From: the human T2T-CHM13v2.0 reference genome, Homo sapiens
Direction: 5' to 3' (one strand)
NCBI RefSeq assembly: GCF_009914755.1
Contig: NC_060930.1
Length of the DNA: 64,000 bases
Part shown: positions 12,023 to 52,800 of the stretch, in pieces
Position numbering within the stretch: the stretch's first letter is position 1
Layout of the letters: each line of letters begins with the position of its first letter
Position numbers and translations under genes: made by a program
The notes under the pieces: generated by a model
The model's input: only the letters and a program-made list of their open reading frames with translations
The model's database searches: none
What the model was told of the DNA's origin: nothing

Positions 12023-12969
12023 TTACTATGGTTTGAATGTCCCCTCCAAAACTCATGTTGAAATTTAATCATCAGTGTGGCATTATTGAGAGGTGGGGCC
12101 TTTAAGAAGCGAGGGAAGACGTCAATGATAGACTGGATAAAAAAATGTGGCACATATACACCATGGAACACTATGCAGACATAAAAAGGAATAAGTTCAT
12201 GGTCCTTTGCAGGGACATGGACAAAGCTGGAAACCATCATCCTCAGCAAACTAACACAGGAACAAAAAACCAAACACGACATGTTCTCACTCATAAGTGG
12301 GAGTTGAACAGTGAGAACACATGGACGCAGGGAGGGGAACATCACACACTGGGGCCTGTTGCAGGGTGGGGGAAAAGGGGAGGCAGAGCATTAGGACAAA
12401 TACCTAATGTATGTGCGGCTTAAAACCTAGATGATGGGTTGATAGGTGTAGCAAGCCACCATGGCACATATATACATATGTAACAAACCTGCATGTTCAG
12501 CACATGTATCCCAGAACTTAAAGTAAAATTTAAAAAAATTATGGCAAAAAACCCAAGACTGTCAAATTTATGAATATAAAATTTCTGCTAAGTTCACGAC
12601 AAAATTAAAATGTGTTATTATCTCAAAAAAAAAAAAAAAGAAGTGAGGGCAAAGCCCTCATGAATGGATTAATCCATGCATGGATAAATAGATTAATGGG
12701 TTATCATGAGAAGGAAATGGGTGGCTTTATAAGAAGAGGAAGAGACACTTGGGCTAGCATGTCAACACACTCAACCTCCTCACCAAGTGATGTCCTACAA
12801 AGCCTCAGAAATCTTCAGAGAGCTCTCACCAGCAAGGAGGCTCTTATTAAATGTGGTCCCTTGACCTTGAACTTCTCAGCCTCCATAACTGTAAGAAATA
12901 AATTTATTTTCTTTATAAATTACCCACTTTCAGGTATTCTGTATACGGAACAGAAAAGGAACTAATACA
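12023..12969 (+). mobile_element. MST-family MaLR solo LTR, interrupted by an L1PA insertion
   Basis: CTATGGTTTGAATGTCCCCTCCAAAACTCATGTTGAA start; ...CCTTGAACTTCTCAGCCTCCATAACTGTAAGAAATAAATT...CTAATACA end. Confidence 0.85.
12120..12639 (+). mobile_element. 5'-truncated L1PA (L1PA8-like) 3' end plus extra tail, with TSD
   Basis: AAAATGTGGCACATATACACCATGG...CCCAGAACTTAAAGTAAAAT; TSD AAGAAG(C/T)GAGGG at 12104-12115 and 12638-12649. Confidence 0.9.
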
Positions 12970-12974
12970 CCTCT

Positions 12975-13150
12975 CTTTGTACATTTATCACATTGTATTA
13001 TGATTATGTGTTTGCACATGTGACCTTCTGATGAGTCTGAAATTTTCCAAAAGAACAACTTTCCTTGCTCATCACCACATCTCCAGCAACAGATTATGGC
13101 ACTTAGCAAGTACTCAACAAATGCTAAATGCAGGGATAAATGAATGATTG
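12975..13150 (+). mobile_element. L2 3'-end remnant
   Basis: TGGCACTTAGCAAGTACTCAACAAATGCTAAATG...AATGAATGA. Confidence 0.6.
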
Positions 13151-15212
13151 AACTTCGAGTAAACAAGTAAACATGTGTTAGGAACTTAAGGTGTCATTCA
13201 TATCCCTCCCCCTGAAATTCTGACAGATGCATCACACACATGAAGAATAGGGAAAAAATGTAGAAACCAAATACAGTTTTATTAATCTGGGCAGATATCT
13301 GGTACCCACAAAACAGAGCTATAGTAAAAGCTGCGGTAGGGAACTCTGGAAGGCCTCCTGCCTACTCTATATCTCCTCTTCTCAGTCTATGCCTATTTTA
13401 TCCCCAATCTCTTAGGTGCTCTTACCATAAGAACCTGAGCAAATACTAAGCCAAAGTAGTCCCATACGTTCCAGAGAAAAGGGAATGAGGCAGAAAGCAA
13501 GAATGAGCATGCATGCCCCAATATGGAGTGCCTCACTCATCTAAAGGATGTATCCTCACACAGCATCAGTTTCTGGGTCCACAACCACCAATGTGGCTTT
13601 TTCTCAGAAGAGAGGTTTTCTCCAAAATGTCTTGGATCCCTCCCTAGAGAGAAAAAAATGTTTTGTCTGACAGAGCACCTCTAATCTATGGGGTATTAGA
13701 GAGTGGTCTAGATACTCTTATTATTCTATATAAGAAAACAAGTACTTTTTTCTAGATGAAATAATATTTATTGCAATATCAACTCACTTGCAGAGATAAC
13801 CTAGAAGTAACCATGTTAGTAACCTAACACATCAATCCCTTCAGAGACCCTGGGCCCATACCTACCAGGATATAATATGTCCATCTCTTGTGAAGCTTGG
13901 GCTTCTCTGTCACATAAACTGTCTCACTGCTATCAATGATACATCTGTGGCAAGCTGGATGCCCTAGGACATAAAAAGCCTCTCTTTCCTGATGTTATTC
14001 CTAAACTAGACTCTAGGGGGTACCTGCAACAGAAATTGTCAATTCCTGAAACTACAGCTGAAGTTCTCCCTAGATGGAATGATGTCCAAGTTGCATACAG
14101 AGAACTACCTTCTTCCCTTAGGAGTAGTTCTCTGTTAGATTCATATAACATCCTAATGGCTTTGGAAGATATTGATGATAAAATACTACAATTTTAGGAG
14201 GAGTATCTTATTTAGCTGTCAGGCCCAACCCTCTGTTCATAAGAATCTGCTCAAGCAGGGGGAAAAAACAAATTAAAAAAAAAAAAAGTAAAGAAAAGAA
14301 AAAGAAGCATTTCCTTTCCTGTCTTTTTGTGAGGAATCTATAGTCCTCTTTGTCTCTTCTGATATGGCAAATGGGCAGCTGACCAAGCAAAACCTCCAGA
14401 CCTCCCAATTTGAGGTTTTATTCCAAAGCCTACAAAATTCATTGCTTTACTCACTTAATCACATATTTATTTATGTACTCCCTCTTTTATTAATCATTTT
14501 ATCTTTGCTAGGTCCTGTGGCAAATACGTAAATGAGATATAGCTCCTGCCCCAGAGGACTCCCATTATAGCTGGACTGGTTGATCTAAATGAAAAGGGGA
14601 TGTTTAGGTATGTTCTTCAAGAGGGCACAGAGCACTGTGACAATATTTTAGATGGAGAGCTGATTTCTCCTGGGGAAAGGTAGATGAGAGAAATAGAAAT
14701 TGGGAAAGTCTTCACTGAGGACAAAAGTCCTTGAGTAAGTCCTTGAAAATAAGAAGGTGGGTGAGAAAGGACATCCAGGACTAAGAAAAAAAAATATGAA
14801 GAAAGACAAGGCAGCTTGAAAATGCTTTATGAAGCCTGCCAAGGGGACTGTCACTGAAGTTGCTGAAGCTTGTAGATGGGTCACAATGGTGACCTCTGAA
14901 GGTCACATGGGTCTCCACACAACTATCTCCTATTTGATCTCTAAGGACCTTCCAGTTCTATATTTTTATGTTTTTGTGTCTGTCTTCTTGGTATCCTCAA
15001 GGTTAAACCGAGTAGACCGCAAATATTTAAACATACACAATTTCTAGTTCCTTTCTTCCCCATATACCAAGGTTATCAAACTTAGAAAGACAAAATGAAC
15101 AAAAGCTACAATGGGTCCACCATAATGTTCATTCATTCTTGGCCAAACTTCCCCAAGGCAATGGACTACCCCAAGGCAATGGACTACTAGGGCTTTGTAC
15201 ACTACTTGATAG

Positions 15213-15517
<305 letters not shown>

Positions 15518-16005
15518 AGATAGAAGTGCTTTTTAAGATTCTCTTTATTATTGTTGAGTGAGAGCTTCAATTGTTTGAAAAACATATGGTTCAACAAATT
15601 TTCCCTTGAAATTCATTTAGGCAAATTAAGAAAAAGGAATCTGCAAATCTCTGCAATCCATTTCACCAAATACCTTTAAGAAAAATGTACAGGAATTTTC
15701 CCAAGCCCTAAACAAGCACGGTTTTCACTTCCTGCTATTAATAGAGAAATATCTTATTACAGTGCTGTAAACAGCCAAATTCAAAAAAATGAATTTTAAA
15801 CGATGTTAGGGTTTCCAAAGAAAACCACAAAACAAACTCAGAGTTAAGGTGGTAATGCATCCCTGTTGTACCCTGGCACAGAAGCAAACATTTTGCAGTG
15901 ACCATCTGGGATATGTAACATAGTAATAAGGGCGAGGGCACCAACTCATAGAAAAGCCAAGAGGCAATAATTTTTTTTTCCTGCCAACTGTGATATATTG
16001 CAGTA

Positions 16006-16008
<3 letters not shown>

Positions 16009-16063
<55 letters not shown>
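16009..16063. repeat. (AT)n microsatellite
   Basis: Seen directly. Confidence 0.97.
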
Positions 16064-16388
16064 CATTTCTTTGCCAGCAAATCAGCTTTTACAAGATGTT
16101 TGGTTATACCAACAGTGTTCTTCACTATTGTATCCCAAATGACTAAAATGATGCCAAGGAAATGGTCAATACTTAATATTTATTAATTTAATAAATATTG
16201 AAATTGCCTACCATTTCTTATGGTAATAAAATGTTTCTGATGGCTTTGGAATCCTTCTGTCTTCCTTTAAGATACTGAAGGAATCATTTATTTCTCCAAG
16301 ACTATCCAGGTGTGTTGGGAAGAGGGGTAATTTATCAAGTACTATTAAATTTATACACCTGAAAAGCACCTTCAAAATACATTTATAT

Positions 16389-16429
<41 letters not shown>
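16389..16429. repeat. (CTA)n microsatellite
   Basis: Seen directly. Confidence 0.97.
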
Positions 16430-16479
16430 GGAATGTCAAAAGGCTGATTGAAAGAGCTCATCAAAATGCTTTGGTCCTC

Positions 16480-17555
16480 ACACCAAAGACATAAACAACA
16501 AAATTTTAAAAAAAAAATAGATAAATTGGACCTCTTCAAAATTAAAAGCTTCTGTGCTGCAAAAGACATAATCAATACAACTAAAAGACAGCTCAAAGAA
16601 TGGGAGAAAATATTTGCAAATCATATATCTGATAAGAAGCTTATATCTAGAATATATAAAGAATTATTACACCTCAATAATAAAAAGACAACCCGATTAA
16701 AGAATGGTCAAAGGATCTATATAGATATTTCTCCAAAGAAGATACACAAATGGCCAATAAAGCACAGAAAAATAAGTTCAATGTCATGAGTCATCAGGGA
16801 AATGCAAATAAAAACAACGAGACATCACACCCACTAGGCTGGCTGTAATAAAAAAGACTGATAATAACAACCGTCAGTGCAGATGTGGGGAAACTAGAAC
16901 CCTCACACATTGCTGGTAAGCATGCAAAATGGTGCAAGTGCTTTGAAAAACAGTCTGGTGGTTCCTCAAAAGGTGACCTCAGAACCTTCCAATTCCACTG
17001 CTATATAGCCAAGAGAAATCAAAGTGTATGTATGTCTATACAATAACTTGTACATAAATTTTTATAGCAGCATTATTCATAACAGCTAAAAAGTGGAAAC
17101 AACCCAAGTGTCCATCAACTAATGAAGTTATAAACAAATTGTGGTAAATTGACACAACAAAATATTATTCAGCACTAAAAAGGAATGAAATATTAATACA
17201 TGCCACAACATGAATGAACCTTGAAAACATTATGCTAAGTGAAAGAAGTCAGTGCCAAAGACCACATATTGTATAGTTCCCTTGACATAGATGTCCAGAA
17301 CAGGCAAATCTATAAAGACAGAAAGCAGATCAGTGGTTGTCTAGGACTTGGTGATAAGGAAGGAATGGAGGGAAAAGGAAGATGACTAATAATGGGCATG
17401 GAGTTTTTTTGCAGTGATAAAAACGTTCTAAAATTGATTGTGGTGATAGTTACACAACTCTGTGAACATATTTAAAACCACTGAATTGTTCAATTTAAAT
17501 AGGTGAATTATATGGCATGTTAATTGTATCTCAATATAGGTGTTATTTAGAAAAA
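16480..17555 (+). mobile_element. Old L1 (L1MB-like) ORF2 C-terminus and 3' UTR
   Basis: ORF 16448-16789 reads [14 protein letters not shown]...[23 protein letters not shown] (L1 ORF2p C-terminal region); L1M-type 3' end ...AATTGTATCTCAAT. Confidence 0.88.
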
Positions 17556-17839
17556 TCTCGTCTTTTTATTAAGTAATTCTAGTGATGTAATTAATATGAT
17601 TTAAAAATATGGATATAGGATGTGTGTGTTGATTCAGCCTTGTATAAACTCAGTGAACTGCAGAGTAATAAACTGCCTCATATTATTGTATCTGAGTCTC
17701 AGTAGGAATAAAATTATTCAAAAAGACACAAGTGTTTTCTCGAGGATTTAAATGTATTTTGAATGGACTTGGAATGATCTCCATATATTATAATAGACTG
17801 CTATACTTATTTCAAAACAAAATAATTTAATGCCATGCA

Positions 17840-20800
17840 ATTAAGAGCATCATGAAAAAGAAATTTTATTAATGTCTTTTACTATTCACTATAAAGTAGC
17901 AAATACGTTACTAAGTATAGCTTCCTTCTGATATTAAAATACTAAAATTTATCCTGTAAAACTAAAGCACAGTTCCATTTAAAGGATAAATTTCACATAA
18001 TTCAACAAGTTGAAAATAATACTGATAGTGTTATATTCTTTGTAAAGCCACAGATACAGTATATATATATATATCCAAAAATAAACAGAATATATTCCAA
18101 AAGATATAATAGTTTTATAAAACTAGTTTCCCAATATTAAGCTAAATATTTATATAATAGGACCATATGAATTGGAAACTAAAAGGAATACTAACAATTA
18201 TCATCCCAGCCATTCCTTTCACACATAGCAAAACTGAGACATAAAGCAGCTAATTTTTTTACCCAAAATCATGATTGAGAAATCCATAGTCTCAAACTAA
18301 GTTCTCTAATTCCCGAGGACATGTTATTCTCATCATACCACAGTTCAATGAAAAGAAAGCACATTATTTGAAAATATATCAGCATGTAGAGGGATACTAA
18401 GTTTATATATCTGTTGAATGTTTGTATACTTGAATATATTTGTCGATTTCTAGCACTGATAATTTTTAAGGTTTGAACTCTTAGAATGCTGTAATCATGT
18501 ATGAGTACTTAACTGCTCATATATTTAACCTTACTCTCAACTTATCTGAGCATTTCTTTTTAGAAAGGATGAACAATGAGATTAAAACACAACATGGTAA
18601 TAATTTAATACAATTAGTTCTTAAGGGAAAGCTTAGAAAAAACTTCATGTAGATGAGCCAATAAATTTCTCATGAGGAAATAACACTGTGTTACACTTTG
18701 CAACAAAGGAATCTTTACAAACCTCTCTAATTAGAGACAGCATCAGGGTAGGTAGCATCCACCACCTCTACCAAGGTTCCTGAAAGAAGTTTATGAAATG
18801 ATTATTTTTAATGCTCTGCACCAGGACTTCATGGGACACTGCAGAGTTTAGTTAGGGATCTCTCTTCTTGCACCTTCTCCTTCCCATACAAATCTTCCCA
18901 GAATTGTCCTGCTACAAAAATTACTTTTTCCTCTAAGTCAAACCTCCAGCTATCTCCAAAGCTGCTGTTTATTAATTTCACACTAAGGTGTGAGTTACTG
19001 GTAGGATTAAGTCTGGAGGGGTAATGAAGAGCTATTTACATTTTAAAAGTGAGATTCTTTTTCCTCAAAATTTTGCTAATTGATGTAAAGAGTGAGTATG
19101 ATCCTTCCTTATATAGGTTACACTGTGCCCCAACCTTCTCTGGGGGCCACCAAGGATTCCTGACCCCCTACATTCCAGAAATCAAGGGTCAGCAACTGGG
19201 TGCCTCACTTGTGAAAAGCTGTTGACCTCTGGAAGGCAGCTTGTAAGGAAGCAAGTGTTAATTTTCAAAATGTGACTGGTCTTGATAGCAGCAACCTCAC
19301 CCCATCGCGATGTCCCTTGGAATGTTTACTAGTCAAGGGGCATAGAAGTAATCTGTCATCACTAGTCAGTGGTGCAAGCCACTCATTCTTGTAACCTTGC
19401 CTTTCTCCCCTGGACCCAAAACAAAACATACCACCCCATCCCTTTCCTCTCACATTCAAATTTTCATGTGTTCAACATTTGTCAGGGCCTTCACCTTCAA
19501 TGACATGGTCAACACACCAAGAAATTACATTTAACACATGAAACATGAACAGCAGGCCCATTTCTTTCTGCCATGTATTTGAGAGGTACAGAATTTGCGT
19601 TTGGGGTATGCATGTGTGTGCTTATTCTTGGATCAATATTTTTAGACATTAAAATGATTACCCTCCAAAATCATAAAAGGGTTTAATAACATATTTTAAT
19701 ATAATTTTAAGTACTTTTTAATAAAATACAGATATATAATTATCAATGTATGCATGTCATTTAATTCAGCAATAAAAGGCTAGTCTCTGAAGTGACGTGG
19801 TGATTAATATTTACAGTAAAACCTAAAAAAAGCATTTGTACAATATTGCTAAAATTTTACCAGAAAAAAGATTAATAAAAAATTATACTCATATTGTGGT
19901 ATCATCTGAAATGATCAACGGCAAGAAGGAAAATGCTCTTATTAATACATATGGGTATAGAGCATTACTTTCCATGTTTTTTCAAGATGGAAAACTCTCT
20001 GTTCTTGAATTATACACCAAGCACTATTGGCTGAGATGGACTCATTCTTAACACCTTTCCCCAAATCTTTGTCAAGCTATTAATGCCATACCCAAACATC
20101 TTACATAGATCCACCTACTGCAAATATTTCATGTCCCTTCATGCTAGTTTTAAATTTAAAAATTTAATACTAATTTGATGAACTGCTAAGGAATCCAAAA
20201 GGAAATTTGTTAATATGTATAAACAGAGTCACATCCTGTGCAAATTCAACAGTATATCTCCCTAAGTATCTAACAAATTGTGTTGTTTCAAAGTGAAACA
20301 GCAAATCAGGAGTTGTACCCTTTCCCCACCAAATCCAGGGATGAGTTAAAGCAACTCTTTTTAGCAATGAGAGAAAATCATGCTCTTTTGCTTAAGATAC
20401 ATGAAATGTAATGAATGGGTCAATGCACAGACATGTTATTTCGCTTTCTCCTCAGAAGGGGAATGTGCCTCATCATGTATTCTTAGCCTTTTTTATTTAT
20501 CTCATACTGTGCTCTCAAAGTTACTTGTTTTTAACTCTTCAACCATGCATATATTATTTTAGGAATTAAAAAATTTAATACTGATTTTAATTTCTCCAGT
20601 TCTGACATTACAAATTCTGTTGAGGTTAAAAGTTTTATAGTTCCTTTATCATAATTAGTATCTTCCTTCTTAGTCCTCCAAGAGGGTCTTTATAGTAATG
20701 GGCTTTGGCCTTTGCACTATAGCTCCCAAAAGACAGATTGCTGGAGATAACCTACTGAAATTCCTCACCGTGTTATTTAACACCATACAGGCCTAGGAAC

Positions 20801-21921
20801 TATCTGTTTTGGGAAAGACTCAGGCAGACGGACAAGGTTAAGAAGGGGAAAAGGGTTCAATGTGTAGGAATTACAAGATATAAATAAGTAGCATAAATGC
20901 ATTTTTTTTACTTATATACTATCGGTCAGGAAGCTCAGAGCAAGATGGAAAAAATATTCTAAATTTAAAAACAAACTATACAAAAACATAAGGTATAGTT
21001 AACAATAGTATTACTCTTGATTTAAAAGATAGACATTTCTCATTGGAATCAATGAATTTGAGGTGGATTTATTTTCCTTTTGCCATTCCACTCATATCAC
21101 ATATTCCTCCCCTGGTGAAAATTGGAATTTAAAAATGTTTATAGAACATTCTTTAATGGTCTATTTGATATATAAAATAAGCAAAAAATCGAAAATACTG
21201 GAAATTTGTTCTCTACAGATGAATAAGAACCTCTTATGTGCCCAATGGAAAGTGTAAAAAAAAAAATCACAAGCCTCTCCTTTACCTTCCTTAAGAAAAT
21301 AACAATTATTATGGGTTATGATTTTTTTATAGACCCAAGGTCATATAGTATGTGTGGTAAATAATAAGCAGGAATGAAAAAGCTGATCCTTCATGATTAC
21401 AAATACCTCAGGACTAACACTAAGACTTCAACTGGCTTTTGTATTTTAGATTCTCACACTGTGTCCAAGAATAACAGAAATCACAAGACTCTACATGCTG
21501 GTTACTGCTGGTTATCAATACATCAAGTATGAAACCGTTTAGAGCATTTTTCTGATAAATTAAGTTATAAGTGTTCTTCTGGATAGTATAATTGCCAAGT
21601 TTTAAGTTTACCATCTTGTTTTTAAAAGAGTCTGAGAACTTTGCTTAAACATACTACACGCATGCCAATACTCCGTGCAACTGGATGAAACAGGGGAACA
21701 ATAGGGGCCGTGATACTCCATGTGCTATGTATATACAGCATACATATATACCATAGATAATTACAATCTCACCATGATAAAGTCAAAAAACCCAGTGAGC
21801 CTTCATTTTCTATTATATGTACATTTTATAAACCACAGAGAGTTTCTTTCCACATAGCTTTTAAAAAAGAAAAAGAAAATATGTTAGACAGATCCAAATG
21901 TCATTTAACTTAAAGGCTTCA
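17840..21921 (-). other. TBX18: TBX18 3' UTR (distal boundary approximate)
   Basis: AT-rich, largely repeat-poor sequence after the stop codon. Minus-strand AATAAA candidates at 18973-18968, 17870-17865 and 17570-17565; the true cleavage site cannot be fixed from sequence. Confidence 0.6.
18190..18345 (-). mobile_element. MIR in the distal 3' UTR
   Basis: Antisense core ...ACATAGCAAAACTGAGAC...ACCCAAAATCA...CATACCACAG. Confidence 0.55.
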
Positions 21922-49426
<27,505 letters not shown>

Positions 49427-50902
49427 CCCCCCCGCCCCGCGCCCGCCCGCCCCTCTCTCATATACACTCACGCGGGCACACGCGCGCTCTCGCTCTTCCC
49501 CCACCAAAAACTAAAAGGCTCTCGGGGCCTCCCGAGATCTGCCCCCTTCCCCACCGCGGGCAAAAAACAGATTTGGCGTTTCCGCTTTCTCGCTTGTGTT
49601 GGGATCCAGGAACCGGCGACGCGCCGGCCAAGTCTCCTTTCCTGGGTCTCTCTCGCGCGCTCTCTCACTGATGCACTCCTTTGCTCCCACCCCTTCCACC
49701 TCCTCCTGCTGCTCCGAGGTCTGCCTCAACTGATGCGCCAGAGAGGACTAACATGGGTAAAAAACACTCTGTGGACACAAATTAGGGATTGTAATTGAAA
49801 TTTGTTGCCTTGATCTGTCAGCACTTCCAGGCAGGAGAGCGGTGGGAAGAACTTGCTCATTAGTGTCAATAAAGCGGCGGGGGCGGAGCCCGGGTCCCTG
49901 TCCATCACCCAGACGGCCGGCCAATCAGGAGGCGCCGACTCCGCGCAGCCCGCGCCCACTTCCTTACAAGGTAGCGAAAAACCAGGAGTGAAAAGCGCCG
50001 CTGTCTGGCTTGGATGTGCCAGCCACACGGACGCTGAACTCTGTCTCTCTGACGTCCGTAGCTGAGTCCAGCCCCGTAGTCTCCAGCTTTCCTCACCAGG
50101 ACCTGGAAAGGCGGAAGTTCCCGGCTTTAAACTAGACGTTCAACAAGTTAGAAAATCAGGAATCTTTCAAGGTTCCGTAAATTGCCGTCCCACTTCCGTA
50201 TCGCTTAATGTTGCTACAACTCAGAATATTGGGAAGCTGGGAAGAATTCGCAGGCCCCTCCTTTCTCATTTAAATGTTCCTGCACTCAGTCTGCGCCAGA
50301 TATGGCTTAGGCTTATTTAAACTTTACTCCGTGATTTTTTTCTTAGGGGATACCAGGTTAAGAAATATGTAAATCCTTTAGGAGTGCAAAATGTTACGTT
50401 AACGCTCAGTCCGTCATATAAATGTCAGAAAAAGCACGCCCTTTCCGCAGCCCACCTTTTCTTTCAAAGAGTGGTAGTTATTTTAAAACGTAGGTCATGG
50501 GATTTTCATTCTGTACGTCTTTAACGATATGGACAACTTTAAAACCCCTTAAAACTTCGCAAAATGAAATAAGTATGAAGACGCAATAAAATTCCCCATT
50601 TGAAAAACTTCTCTGTGATTTAAGTAAGTTTATAATTGTCCTACTGTTGACAATTTACAATCGTTACTTCAGGCTTTTAAGGAGTCCATTGATGTATTTA
50701 AAACAAATTTAATAAAATCAGTGCTTTTTAATTAAATGACACCAAACATATATATTTGTACAATTTGTTTTGTAGTTTCAACTCGACTTTTTGTTAGGAT
50801 TAACAAATATATATATATATGTTTGGTATAAATAGAGCAAATCTCTTGTGGAATAAAATTAATCGTGCATATTACTCCATCTTTTGTATAAAATACACGG
50901 CA

Positions 50903-51336
<434 letters not shown>

Positions 51337-51379
51337 TCAGTAGAGTAGCATTTGGGGGTAGATCCGCCACTGAGACTGA

Positions 51380-52800
51380 TCCTTTTATTGTAGAAGAGAA
51401 CGCGCGGTTCCTGGAGGCCGGACACCACAGCGGGAGTAGGAACCTGGCAGGCGATGAGCAGAGGCACGAGCAAGCCGCCCAGCCAAACCTGGCAGCCTTG
51501 AGGTCAAAAATGATTTTGTAATATCCTTGCGGAGGAAGCCTCTTTTAGACGCCTGAGAAACAAACTCAGTTGGGAGGAGGTGTTTTGCATTTTACAAAAT
51601 GAAGGCTTTGCGACCGGTTTAGAGCTGTGTGGTCCCTAGTGGGTCTCCAAGCTCCGGGGTACCCTAGGCCGGTATTACATCATTAAAAAGAAGCGCAAAT
51701 CCCATTTCTGAAGCTTAGCCGAAGGCAGGCGCCGGCAGGGAGAGCTAAGAGGCCGCCTAGAGAGTTTGGGCCGGGAGTGGGAGTGGGACAAGGCGGGAGC
51801 TAACTTAGCTGGAGTAGACGCCGGAAGAAGTTCCGTTCAGCTGAGGTGCCCCGCCCCAATCCCAGGCTCTCGGGGACCCCAAGAAGGGAGCTACCCGGTG
51901 CTTCTCCGAGCGGTCCTTACAGCTTTGGAGACTCTGCTGCTGCCCAGGGGTGTAGTCGTCGGAGCCCTCGGGCCTGCTGGGGCTCAGCAGGGGTAGTGGG
52001 AGCCCCTACCCTGGGAGAAACTGCCAGGGACAAACACTGTTTGCTGACGCAAAGCCTGTTCCGCAAAGGAGTTCTCCCTGTATATGTCCTGCAGCTCAAA
52101 CTGATTTAGAAAGGGATACACAGGCCTGCAAGGCGCTCTCGGGATCATACAGCCTCACGCCCTCTTCTTTTCCTCTGCCATTTCTTTATGTCTTTCGCCT
52201 TCACCCTGGGCAGCAGACCCCAGCAGGCGGGGAAACCCGGGGACTGGTGTCCGCATTGCCGAAAGGCTGGAAAGCAGAGCCTCGTCTACATCCACGATGT
52301 TTCTAGAACGTGGCCCTTAGAAATAATTCAAGTGTGAGTAGGGCGCCGAGGACAGGACAAGGCGTTTGCCCCCTAGTCCTGCTACTGGCTAAGGAGAATC
52401 ATAGCAGTAGAGCCGCACCACTGCTGCCGCCGCCTCCAACTTGCGTTAAGTTCGGCTCAGGCTACTGGATTGGGCAGGACCAGCTAACCCAGGTCCCGAG
52501 GGGCAGTGTGTCACAGACTGCAGCCCACTCCAACCTCGGCTCCTGGAGAAGGGGCGTCGAATCTCTCTTGGGCATGGGAGGGAAAGACATTCCGAGTTGG
52601 CTGGGCGGAGTGGCAGCCTTGAGAGTGACGAGTGACAGCAAAGCCTCGTCCTAGCAAGGCCTTTTACCAACAGCGCGGCATGCCCTTTCGAGGAGAGCGC
52701 CAGGCCCTCGCACTTTGCAAGTCAAGAGAGCAAAGAAAGCGGGGACAGGGCGCGTAATCGCAATGTCCGGTCGCGCGTGTGCACGTGTCTGTGTTTGCAT
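51380..52800. promoter_or_regulatory. Second CpG-rich region ~2-3 kb upstream of TBX18
   Basis: Elevated GC and CpG content in non-repetitive sequence. Confidence 0.65.
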
